A stretch of 64,000 nt of DNA from an uncultured bacterium. GTDB taxonomy: Bacteria > Planctomycetota > UBA1135 > GCA-002686595. The notes beneath the pieces were generated by a model. The model searched no databases and was not told where the DNA came from. It was given only the letters and a program-made list of their open reading frames with translations. Below are positions 52,424 through 61,947 of this stretch, in pieces. The first letter of the stretch is position 1. Every line of letters starts with the position of its first letter. The position numbers and the translations under genes were made by a program. The stretch covers positions 32,001 to 96,000 of the forward strand of contig CALSNU010000004.1 of NCBI GenBank assembly GCA_943787795.1. The letters run 5' to 3'.

Positions 52424-52975
52424 TCAAACGCTGTCGACCTCCCAGTACTTGAGGTCGACCGGCGTGGGCCGGCCGAAGATGGTCACGATCACGCGGACCG
52501 TGCCCTTTTCGGCGTTGATCTCTTCGACCGCGCCGTCGAAGCCGTCGAACGGCCCCGTGTTGATCTTGACCCGGTCGCCCTTCTCCAGGCCGATCGTGAC
52601 CTGGGGGCGGGTCTCCGAATCGGTCATCAGGGCGAGGATCTCGGTCACCTCGGCTTCGGAGATCGAGGTGGGCTCTCCGCCGGAACCGATGAAGTCGCGG
52701 AGCCCGTCGATCCCACGCAGGGTGGTGCGCGCCTTGATCACGGTCGGGTCCTCGGGGTTCTCCAGGTCCGCCTGAACCAGGAGGTACCCCGGATACAGCT
52801 TCTCCTCGATGTTCCGCTTCTTGCCCTTCTTCATGTCCGTCACGATCTTGAACGGCATGAGGACCTGGGGGACCACAGAGTCCACCCCGGCGATCTTGAG
52901 CCGGTGGATCGCGTTGTCACGGATGCGCTTCTCGCGCCCGGACTGACAACGGAGGAAGTACCACTTGAACGCCAT
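52424..52975 (-). CDS. nusG: Transcription termination/antitermination factor NusG
   Basis: KWYFL..SGRE, YPGYLLV, GPFDGFDG, IFGRPTPV. Confidence 0.97.
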   Translation of the reverse strand: MAFKWYFLRCQSGREKRIRDNAIHRLKIAGVDSVVPQVLMPFKIVTDMKKGKKRNIEEKLYPGYLLVQADLENPEDPTVIKARTTLRGIDGLRDFIGSGGEPTSISEAEVTEILALMTDSETRPQVTIGLEKGDRVKINTGPFDGFDGAVEEINAEKGTVRVIVTIFGRPTPVDLKYWEVDSV

Positions 52976-52980
52976 CGGAT

Positions 52981-53421
52981 TCAGGCCCCCCCACTCGTGA
53001 TGATCCGCGTGAAGACGTTGCCGAGCACGTAATCCGCCAGGGCCATGAAGCCCATCAGGAACAGCACGACCACGATCACGACCACGGACCCGTCGACCGT
53101 CTCGTCCACGGTCGGCCAGGTGACCTTCCGGAGCTCCGACTCGGTCTCGATCAGGAGGTCGGCGTTCTTCGGCCGCTCGAGGGTCCGATTGAGGAGCCAG
53201 AGCCCGACCACGAGGGTCAGGACCGCCGCAATCAGCGCAGGGCTCAGGGGCAGGTTCACCAGCGGGATCGCCAACCCGTCCGAGAGCGGCGCTCCGAGCG
53301 AGTCCGGGAACTGCCCAGTGATCTCCGCACGCATCCGGATACATCCATACGCGAGGAGAACGGCGAGCGACCAGAAAGTCGTCATCCGCGCCAGGCGTCC
53401 TTGATCCTTGCGGTAGGCCAT
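52981..53421 (-). CDS. secE: Preprotein translocase subunit SecE (3-TM form)
   Basis: [15 protein letters not shown] followed by a TM; N-terminal [10 protein letters not shown]. Confidence 0.93.
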   Translation of the reverse strand: MAYRKDQGRLARMTTFWSLAVLLAYGCIRMRAEITGQFPDSLGAPLSDGLAIPLVNLPLSPALIAAVLTLVVGLWLLNRTLERPKNADLLIETESELRKVTWPTVDETVDGSVVVIVVVLFLMGFMALADYVLGNVFTRIITSGGA

Positions 53422-53495
53422 TGGAATCTCGGTGGGGTCCGGGGAGTTAGTGAACGGAGGGGAGCGTCGGGAGAATCAGCACGAGCCGGTCAGGC

Positions 53496-53654
53496 TCAGA
53501 GCTTCTTCTCACGGTGCGAGGTGTGCGTGCGGCAGCGCTTGCAGTGCTTCTTCTTCTCGAGCTTGTAGGCGGCCTTCAGACGCTTGTGCGTCGTGTAGTT
53601 CCGCTCCTTGCACACTGTGCACTCGAGGAAGACGTAGCGTTCCTTGGTCTTCAT
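53496..53654 (-). CDS. rpmG: 50S ribosomal protein bL33 (C+ form)
   Basis: [22 protein letters not shown]...[17 protein letters not shown]. Confidence 0.96.
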   Translation of the reverse strand: MKTKERYVFLECTVCKERNYTTHKRLKAAYKLEKKKHCKRCRTHTSHREKKL

Positions 53655-53824
53655 GTCAGGTGGCGCTGGGCTTGGTGGGGAGCACGGCATCCGACGCGCG
53701 CAGGGGAGCGCGCCTCAGTGGCCGGGTGTTCGGGGGGTGGGGTGACGCGCCGCCGTGGGCGAGCGCGAGCAGGGTTGAGACCACCGCCGCGACGCCGGTG
53801 AGGGCGCCGCGGCGGCGAAGTAGA

Positions 53825-55030
<1,206 letters not shown>

Positions 55031-55286
55031 TTCTGGTGTCTCGTCGCTTGGGTGTCCCGTTCACCGGCCTTTGGCCGGGTCCCGGAGGTGGTGTGACGCC
55101 GCACCGCTCGCGCGGGGTCGACGCCGGATCGGGGAGCCGCTAATGCGGCACGATCGGTGAAATCTGAATAGGGAAGCCTCCAACCAAAGCTGGTTGAAGG
55201 TGGAAGAAAGCTGCCCGCCCCGCACTCCCCCACGGTCGCCGAAGGGGGCGCCCTGTGTTGGAGCTGGGGGGACGGAGGCGCGTGGG

Positions 55287-55361
<75 letters not shown>

Positions 55362-55418
55362 GATTGGCCTCGACTCGAGGAGGGTCTCCGTGGCGCGGCA
55401 GGCCGCGCGTCAGGTGAA

Positions 55419-55492
55419 TGGAGCGGGTGGGGGGAATCGAACCCCCGTGTGCAGCTTGGAAGGCTGCCGTTCTACCATTGAACTACACCCGC
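55419..55492 (-). tRNA. tRNA-Gly(TCC)
   Basis: GCGGGTGTAGTTCAATGGTAGAAC-GGCAGC-CTTCCAA-GCTGC...GGTTCGATTCC...CCA. Confidence 0.96.
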
Positions 55493-55598
55493 AAGGTGGA
55501 GCGCATCAAGCGCGCGCCCCGCGCGGAGCGAGGCTTCTGCCTGATAGGCGTGTCCGGGAGGGCATGGCCAGAACGGCCTAGCCGGAACGGCAAAGCCC

Positions 55599-55678
55599 GC
55601 AGAGCAGAGCCCCCGCAGAGCAGAGCCCCCGCAGAGCAGAGCCCCCGCAGAGCAGAACCACAGCGGAGCAGAACCACA
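55599..55678. repeat. 16-bp tandem repeat x5 in the tRNA-Tyr/tRNA-Gly spacer
   Basis: gcagagcagagccccc three times exactly, then gcagagcagaaccaca and gcggagcagaaccaca. Confidence 0.9.
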
Positions 55679-55798
55679 GGCAGAAAGCCTGGGAGGGGTC
55701 GCCACCAACCGCAACCGAACCGTCCGTCGCCGTTCACGCTTGACCCCTGGGCAAGACCTCCATGGGACTGAGACCCATACTGGATCGCAGAGGGAGGC

Positions 55799-55883
<85 letters not shown>

Positions 55884-56128
55884 GCCCGGAATACCCGAGG
55901 CTGGTGGAGCAGCGCCGACAAGCGGGCCGCCCCGCAGTCTGCGGGTGCGCGAACGACCGACGGGACGATCGGTCCGATCGCGCGCCTTCATCCTGGTGCC
56001 TGCGCGGCCAAATGGCTGCAGCAGGGCGGGAAGAGGCACGCTCCCGTGTCATCCTCGAGTCGGTTTACGTTTTGAGTGAGCGGCCAACCTCCGGATCGCC
56101 TGTGGCGACCGGACGCTGCCGGAGTTGG

Positions 56129-56204
56129 TGGGGCCAGCGGCGGGACTTGAACCCGCAACCTGCTGATTACAAATCAGCTGCTCTACCAATTGAGCCACAC
56201 TGGC
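56129..56204 (-). tRNA. tRNA-Thr(TGT)
   Basis: GCCAGTGTGGCTCAATTGGTAGAGCA-GCTGA-TTTGTAA-TCAGC...GGTTCAAGTCC...CCA. Confidence 0.96.
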
Positions 56205-56284
56205 GATTGTGCCTGGCGGCCTCCAGCAACCCTGGTGAGCGCTCGCATACACGAGAGCACGCCAAGGCGGCGAGTGGAGCGAGA

Positions 56285-56312
56285 AGGATAGGGATCGCGG
56301 TTGAGGGGTCAA
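56285..56312 (-). promoter_or_regulatory. Sigma70-type promoter of the thr-tyr-gly-thr-tuf operon
   Basis: TTGACC-16 nt-TATCCT about 80 nt upstream of tRNA-Thr(TGT). Confidence 0.65.
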
Positions 56313-56356
56313 GGTTCTCCGTGGGAAATCCTCGGGACCTCCCCGGATCCTCGACG

Positions 56357-57511
56357 CTACACCTCGGGACGCCCGATCCGGCCGAGCTCGTCGCGGTGGT
56401 GCGCGAGGGAAGCAGCCACCTGATCCATGGAGTCTCCTCCATATTTGTCCAGGAACGCCTCGGCGAGGGTCATGGCCACCATCGCCTCCCCCACCACAGA
56501 GCAGGCAGGCACAGAGGTGACGTCTGATCGCTGGTAGGTGGCCACGACCGCTTCACCGGTGTGGAGGTCCACAGAGGGCATCCCCTGGCGAATCGAAGGG
56601 ATCGGCTTCATGGCCGCCCGGACGACCAGGGGCTCCCCCGTGGACATGCCTCCCTCGAGCCCACCCGCCCGGTTCGTCGCCCTCCTGAAGGCCTCGGCCC
56701 CTTCTCCTGGCAAGATCCCGTCGTGCACGGCGCTCCCCCGGCGCTCGGCGACCTCCATTCCCAGCCCGAATTCCACGCCCTTGATGGCCGGGATCGAGAA
56801 CAGGGCCCCCCCGAGGCGAGCGGTCAGCCGCTCGGGCCCACTCGCGCAGGACCCCAGGCCTGGGGGAAGACCCAGGGCTCGGACCTCGAAGGTCCCCCCG
56901 AGGCTGTCCTGGGCCTCGCGGGCCCTGTCCACGGCCTCGCGCATGGCGCCATCCGCCGCCGGATCGAGGCTGAGGAACTCCGAGGACGCCCGGACCTCAA
57001 GCCTGCGACCCTCCGCCGCACCCCACGCCTCCCCGCTGCACCGCACCCCGCCGAGCCCGGTCAGGAAGCCGAAGACCTCCACCCCGAAGGCCTCGAGCAC
57101 CTGGCGCGCGATCCCCGCAGCGGCCACTCGGGCCGCGGTTTCCCGCGCGCTGGCACGCTCGAGGACCGCCCTGGGATCCCGGTGACCCCACTTCTGGCAC
57201 CCCGCGAGGTCCGCGTGTCCCGGCCTGGGATTCGTGGGCGTGGGCAGCCGCTCGATGACGGAGTCCTTGTTCTTCACCGCGAAGGCGATGGGCGCGCCGA
57301 TGGTCACACCGCCCTTCCAGCCGGAGAGGATCTCCACGCGATCCGTCTCGATCTTCATGCGTCCCCCGCGGCCGTAGCCGAGCTGACGACGGGCGAGCTC
57401 GCGGTCGACCCGCTCCACGTCGAGCTGAAGGCCCGCGGGGACGCCCTCCACGATGCCGATCAGCGTCGGACCATGGGACTCACCGGCCGTGCGCCATTGC
57501 AGTCGCGTCAA
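56357..57511 (-). CDS. aroC: Chorismate synthase
   Basis: TAGESHG, RPGHAD, ERASARETA, SIPAIKGVEFG, GGLEGG, MKPIPS, RSD. Confidence 0.97.
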   Translation of the reverse strand: MTRLQWRTAGESHGPTLIGIVEGVPAGLQLDVERVDRELARRQLGYGRGGRMKIETDRVEILSGWKGGVTIGAPIAFAVKNKDSVIERLPTPTNPRPGHADLAGCQKWGHRDPRAVLERASARETAARVAAAGIARQVLEAFGVEVFGFLTGLGGVRCSGEAWGAAEGRRLEVRASSEFLSLDPAADGAMREAVDRAREAQDSLGGTFEVRALGLPPGLGSCASGPERLTARLGGALFSIPAIKGVEFGLGMEVAERRGSAVHDGILPGEGAEAFRRATNRAGGLEGGMSTGEPLVVRAAMKPIPSIRQGMPSVDLHTGEAVVATYQRSDVTSVPACSVVGEAMVAMTLAEAFLDKYGGDSMDQVAASLAHHRDELGRIGRPEV

Positions 57512-57541
57512 CGTCGTGCTCCTCGGATCAGGGGTTGGGGC

Positions 57542-58213
57542 TCAGGAACCGGGCGTGATCTCGATCCACCCGTCGTCATCGTCGTCCTCGTCGGGCGCGG
57601 CACCACCCCCGGACTGGCTTTCCTCAGGCGGCGCCGCCGGAGCCCTCTCCGGTCGAGGCACCTCGAAGTCCCCGGGGTCCGCCGACGCGCCCTCGCCGGC
57701 CCCCTCTCCCCAAAGCGCACGATCAATCGCGGCCTCCAGGTCGGTGAACTCGAAGGGCTTCGCGAGGGTCCCAACCACCTCCGGGAGCGCGGTCAACGCG
57801 GCCTTGATGGCCGCGTCGAGGTAGCCGGAGACCACCAGCGTGCGCGGCAGGATCCCGTCCGCGCGCAGGCGCGGGAGCTCCTGCACGGCGGACTCCGCGC
57901 CGAGGTCCACGTCGGACACCAGGAGGTCCGGCGCCCCTTCGGCGAGGCGCTCACGCGCCTCCACGAACGAGCCCGCGGTGCGCACCTCGAAGCCGCGCTG
58001 GGACAGGAACCACGTGAGCAGCTCGACGATCCGAGCGTCGTTGTCCACGAGCAGGAGGCTCGCGCGCGCGGCCTCGGGCGCCGCGCTGGCGCCATCAGAT
58101 GGCTCGACCGCCGACCTGGCGCGGGCATCCACCCCAGGAGCCGGAGGCGGCGTCGCCGCGGGCTCCGGGATCCCCCCTTCTCCGCTCGTCCGCCCTTCCT
58201 CGTGGGAATCCAT
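57542..58213 (-). CDS. Single-domain response regulator receiver with disordered acidic tails
   Basis: LLLVDND, PDLLVSD, VVSG and KPF receiver motifs; no output domain. Confidence 0.8.
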   Translation of the reverse strand: MDSHEEGRTSGEGGIPEPAATPPPAPGVDARARSAVEPSDGASAAPEAARASLLLVDNDARIVELLTWFLSQRGFEVRTAGSFVEARERLAEGAPDLLVSDVDLGAESAVQELPRLRADGILPRTLVVSGYLDAAIKAALTALPEVVGTLAKPFEFTDLEAAIDRALWGEGAGEGASADPGDFEVPRPERAPAAPPEESQSGGGAAPDEDDDDDGWIEITPGS

Positions 58214-58222
58214 GGCCCGAGG

Positions 58223-59554
58223 CTACCGAACCAAGCCGTCAGGATCCCCATCCCCCACGATCTGTCTCCGCCACGCCTCCAGCTCCTCGAGCGCGCGCTG
58301 CTCGCGCATCGCCAACCGCTGCAGCTCCGCCTCGCTCGCCCCGTCGACGCCCTGCCCCTCGGGGCGCTCGCCGCGCACCCCCCAGGTGCCACGCACGACG
58401 TTCCGGAAGGCGAGGCTCGCCTGCGCCGCGCCCCCCAGCTGCCAGTCCCGCACGGGGTCTGGCCCGAGCGGGGTGACCTCGATGGCGAGGTCGAGGTGGC
58501 CCTGGCGGGCATCCGCAAGGCGCGCGAGGAGCCGATGCGGTCCACCCCGCGGCCCGACCTCGAACTGGACGGCGGGCGGGCTCGGCCCGCCCAGACCGGG
58601 AAGCTGCATGAGGTCATGCAGGTGCACACCCGCACGACAGAGGGAGGCCGCGGGTCGCTCCCCAGGGAGCTCGGGGTGAGGAACGCCCCAGAAGGCCACG
58701 CGCCGCTCCGCACCCGCCCCCGTGAGGAAGCGCGCGCTGGCCTCCTCCTCCGGCACGATGCCCTCCAGCCAGACGACCGCGGCGGGGAGGCTCAGCTCAT
58801 CGCAGCGCCGCCTGCCGGCGGCCACCTCCTCGGCAGAGCAGGTGGCGAGGTGAACGTGGGCGAAGCGCGGCGCGTCCTCCCGCGAGGCGATCCAGCGCAG
58901 GGCGTCCATCAGGCCACCGGCGCGCGGCGCGGCGTCCCCGCGTGCCCAGCCCGGGAGGTCCTCACCGCCGAAGAGGGCGCACTCGAAGCCGAGGGCGCCC
59001 TGGTGTTCGCCGACGGTCCATGGCCCGTCGCGCGGGCGGGGTGAGCCCCGGCCCGCCCCGAGAGGCCACCCCATCTCAAGGGGGTGACGTCCCGTGAGGA
59101 CCCCCGCCAGATTCCCCGGGAGGTGCGTGGCAGGTGCGATCCACAGCATCTCAGTCCAGACGTCCCGCTCGTGCCGAGCCGCGTCCTCGACGGTCACGAG
59201 GAGCCATCCCGACGAGCGGTCCAGCTGCTCCCTCGACAGGGGTGCGGGGGGCTCGGCTCCCCGCGAGAGGACCCAGCCTCCGCCGAGGATCAACGCCACC
59301 AGGAGCACGCGAGCGAGCCCGCGACCTCGAGCTCCGCGGAGCGCGACCGCACCGCAGGCGAGGAGGGCGGCGCCGCCCAAGGCCGCCACGGCATCGGACG
59401 GACCGACCCCGCCGGCGAGGAATCCCAGGGCCAGCCCGGCCGCGGCACCGACCGCGCCCCCGCCAAGGGCCAGCCGCGCCGAGGACCGCCGCGGAATGGA
59501 CCCACCCGGCGCGGCGTCGGGCTCGAGAGGATTCGGGGTCACCGGGGTCGGCAT
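58223..59554 (-). CDS. Membrane protein with degenerate sulfatase/alkaline-phosphatase-like domain
   Basis: About three N-terminal TMs, then LLVTVED, AGVLTGRHP and RFAHVHL, resembling the neighbouring protein's LLTLDT, SMLSGLDP and FLHVHF. Confidence 0.5.
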   Translation of the reverse strand: MPTPVTPNPLEPDAAPGGSIPRRSSARLALGGGAVGAAAGLALGFLAGGVGPSDAVAALGGAALLACGAVALRGARGRGLARVLLVALILGGGWVLSRGAEPPAPLSREQLDRSSGWLLVTVEDAARHERDVWTEMLWIAPATHLPGNLAGVLTGRHPLEMGWPLGAGRGSPRPRDGPWTVGEHQGALGFECALFGGEDLPGWARGDAAPRAGGLMDALRWIASREDAPRFAHVHLATCSAEEVAAGRRRCDELSLPAAVVWLEGIVPEEEASARFLTGAGAERRVAFWGVPHPELPGERPAASLCRAGVHLHDLMQLPGLGGPSPPAVQFEVGPRGGPHRLLARLADARQGHLDLAIEVTPLGPDPVRDWQLGGAAQASLAFRNVVRGTWGVRGERPEGQGVDGASEAELQRLAMREQRALEELEAWRRQIVGDGDPDGLVR

Positions 59555-59572
59555 GGGGCCTAGCCTAGGGCC
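59555..59572. promoter_or_regulatory. Putative bidirectional -10 promoter driving two leaderless mRNAs
   Basis: CAT-ggggcc-tagccta-gggcc-ATG: TAGCCT (+) is 6 nt before ATG 59573 and TAGGCT (-) is 7 nt before ATG 59554. Confidence 0.6.
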
Positions 59573-61396
59573 ATGGGGATCTCATCGTCCATGCGCTTCG
59601 TCGCGCCCTTCGCCGTCGCCGCGGCGCTGATGGCGTGGATGGCACGCGTCCCCGACGTTGGCCCCTGGACCCTCGGGGGGCTCGTACCGCGCCTCGGCCC
59701 CCCCACGCTCACGGCCCTCACAGGCGCGGCCATCGGCGCGGCCCTCACCGTACGGGCCGGCCGCCTCCGAGGGGCCATCCTCGGCGGGCTGCTCGGAGCG
59801 CTGTGGTCCCTGGCCCTGTTCCAGCTCCTCGATCTGGACGTGCCGCGGCGCCGCGGGGTGCTCATGGCGGTGGGATCATCCGCCATCGTCTCCGCCCTCG
59901 CCGCGTGGCTCAACCGCGCCGGCGGCGTCGCCCGCGCCGCCGCGGTGACCGGCCTCGGCCTCGCCGCGCTCGCCGGCATGGGCGCCGCGGACCGCGGACC
60001 GGTGCGGACCGAACTCCCGCCGCTGGAGGCGTCCTTCCCCCCGCTCTCCTCCGACGCCCCCGACATCGTCCTCCTGACCCTGGACACGACACGGTTCGAC
60101 GCCGTGGGCTTCCACCAGCCCGCTGGGTCCTACGACCCCGCCCGGAGCGCGACGCCGCACCTCGACGAGCTCTCCAGCTTCGGGGTGCGCTTCACCGCCG
60201 CCACCGCTCCCGCCCCCCACACTCACCCGTCGGTGGCCTCGATGCTCTCCGGCCTCGACCCCGCCGTGCACGGGTCGGTGAGCGGCGCGCCGATGCTCGC
60301 CCAGGGCGTCGTCACCCTGGCCGAACACCTGCGCGCCCAGGGCTACGCCACGGCGGGGTTTCTGGACAACCCCTGGCTCGGGGAGACGTTCGGGCTGGCC
60401 CGCGGCTACGAGCACCTGGAGATGAACGCGCGTCCCGAGCGGGTGATCCGCTGGCTGAACGAGCCCAGGGATCAGCCGATCTTCCTGCACGTGCACTTCT
60501 TCCAGCCCCACGGCCCCTACGAGCGTCGGGACGTCGAGGCCCTGGGCGGTCCCCGCGCGACGGCTGAGACCCGCGCGCGGATCGGGGACCGGTTCGACGC
60601 GAACCGGATCCGGGACGGTGAGGTCCCGGGGAGCCACGGGCTGACGCCGGAGGAGCTTGACTGGCTGCGGGAGCTCTACCACTCCGAGGTCCGCGCCATG
60701 GACGCCGACATCGGAGTGGTGCTCGAGCAGCTCACGAAGCGCCGCCGCTCATTGATGCTCGCGGTGGCCGCCGACCACGGGGAGGAGTTCGACGAGCGCG
60801 GCTCCCTCCACCACTCCCACACCGTGCACCAGGAGCTGGTGCACGTCCCCCTCATGATCCACGGGCCCGGCGGTCGGGCCCACGGTCCCGCCGAGGTGCA
60901 CGACCCCGTGGGGCTCGTGGACCTGGCGCCGACGATCCTGGACCTCGCCGCCCTCGCTCCGCTCCCGAACGTGGGAACGGGTGTGAGCCTCGCGCCGCTC
61001 ATGGGCGCAGACCGGGATGCGACCGCGGGGCCCCCCGCGCCGCGGCTGATCGTCAGCCAGCGCGAGCGTCACGCCGGCGGGCGGCGGCTCCTCGCGGCTC
61101 GGCTCGGGTCCTGGAAGCTCCATGTGCGCACGCCGCCGGCGGAGGCCGGCGCGGCGCTGGCCCCCGACGAGGAGCTCGACCTCATGCTCTACCGCCTCGA
61201 CCTCGACCCGTCGGAGTCCTCGGACGTGGCGACCGACCACCCGGACAAGGTGCGAGAGCTCCTGGGCGCGCTCCGCCGGTGGGACACGCGGACCCGGGAG
61301 CAGGCGGGCCGGCTCGGCGGCAGCTCCCCCGACGAGCCCATCCCCGCGGCCGTGGACGCCAACCTCAAGGCGCTCGGCTACGGCGGCGGCCGCTGA
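59573..61396 (+). CDS. Membrane-anchored sulfatase-like hydrolase/transferase (Thr nucleophile)
   Basis: Multi-TM N-terminus; DIVLLTLDTTRFD, HTHPSVASMLSG, GYAT, FLHVHFFQPHGPY, ADHGEEF, LVHVPL, DLAPTIL. Confidence 0.85.
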   Translation: MGISSSMRFVAPFAVAAALMAWMARVPDVGPWTLGGLVPRLGPPTLTALTGAAIGAALTVRAGRLRGAILGGLLGALWSLALFQLLDLDVPRRRGVLMAVGSSAIVSALAAWLNRAGGVARAAAVTGLGLAALAGMGAADRGPVRTELPPLEASFPPLSSDAPDIVLLTLDTTRFDAVGFHQPAGSYDPARSATPHLDELSSFGVRFTAATAPAPHTHPSVASMLSGLDPAVHGSVSGAPMLAQGVVTLAEHLRAQGYATAGFLDNPWLGETFGLARGYEHLEMNARPERVIRWLNEPRDQPIFLHVHFFQPHGPYERRDVEALGGPRATAETRARIGDRFDANRIRDGEVPGSHGLTPEELDWLRELYHSEVRAMDADIGVVLEQLTKRRRSLMLAVAADHGEEFDERGSLHHSHTVHQELVHVPLMIHGPGGRAHGPAEVHDPVGLVDLAPTILDLAALAPLPNVGTGVSLAPLMGADRDATAGPPAPRLIVSQRERHAGGRRLLAARLGSWKLHVRTPPAEAGAALAPDEELDLMLYRLDLDPSESSDVATDHPDKVRELLGALRRWDTRTREQAGRLGGSSPDEPIPAAVDANLKALGYGGGR

Positions 61397-61431
61397 TCCA
61401 GCGGCCGCCCGGCGGGCTCACTCCCTGGAGG

Positions 61432-61947
61432 TCACTCGGCCTCGGGCGCCGCGAGGGTGACGAGCTTGTCCCCCGCCCCCACCGCGTCGCCCGCTGACGC
61501 GTGCAGCGCCTTGACGATCCCGTCGCCAGGCGCGCCGATTTCGTTCTGCATCTTCATGGCCTCCAGGATCAGCAGCGGCTGGCCCTCGGTGACGGCCTCG
61601 CCGGCCTGGACGAGCACCTCCACGACCACGCCGGGCATCACGGCCTTGAGCAGGCCGCCGCCCTTGTTGGCCGCCCGCGCCGCCAGGTTGGCCGCGCGCT
61701 CCCGCTCGTCCTCCAGCTCGCAGTCGTAGCGATGGCCGGCGATGGTGATCGCGATGTCATGGGGCCCGCCCTCGATGGACATGGCGTAGCTCTTGCCATC
61801 GTGGATGAGGACGATCTGCCCGAGCTTGTCGGCCTCGGCGTACTCCACCTCACAGCGTTCGCCGTCGAGGTGGACGATGAGCTCGCCCAGGCGCTCGGTC
61901 AACTCGACCTCGTGCGTGGTCTCTCCAAACTTGACGAAGGTCTTCAC
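61432..61947 (-). CDS. Biotin carboxyl carrier protein (acyl-CoA carboxylase biotinyl subunit)
   Basis: GTG start overlapping the upstream stop; KAVMPG, LLILEAMKMQNEI (biotinyl Lys), GDAV. Confidence 0.92.
   Translation of the reverse strand: MKTFVKFGETTHEVELTERLGELIVHLDGERCEVEYAEADKLGQIVLIHDGKSYAMSIEGGPHDIAITIAGHRYDCELEDERERAANLAARAANKGGGLLKAVMPGVVVEVLVQAGEAVTEGQPLLILEAMKMQNEIGAPGDGIVKALHASAGDAVGAGDKLVTLAAPEAE

Noticed and set aside
55599..55678. Possible CRISPR array (also 21531-21626)
   Set aside because: Units are contiguous 16-mers with no unique spacers, and there are no cas genes.
56126..56131. Genomic CCACCA after tRNA-Thr(TGT) as a degradation tag
   Set aside because: The CCACCA tag is added post-transcriptionally; an encoded extra CCA would be trimmed and is likely chance.
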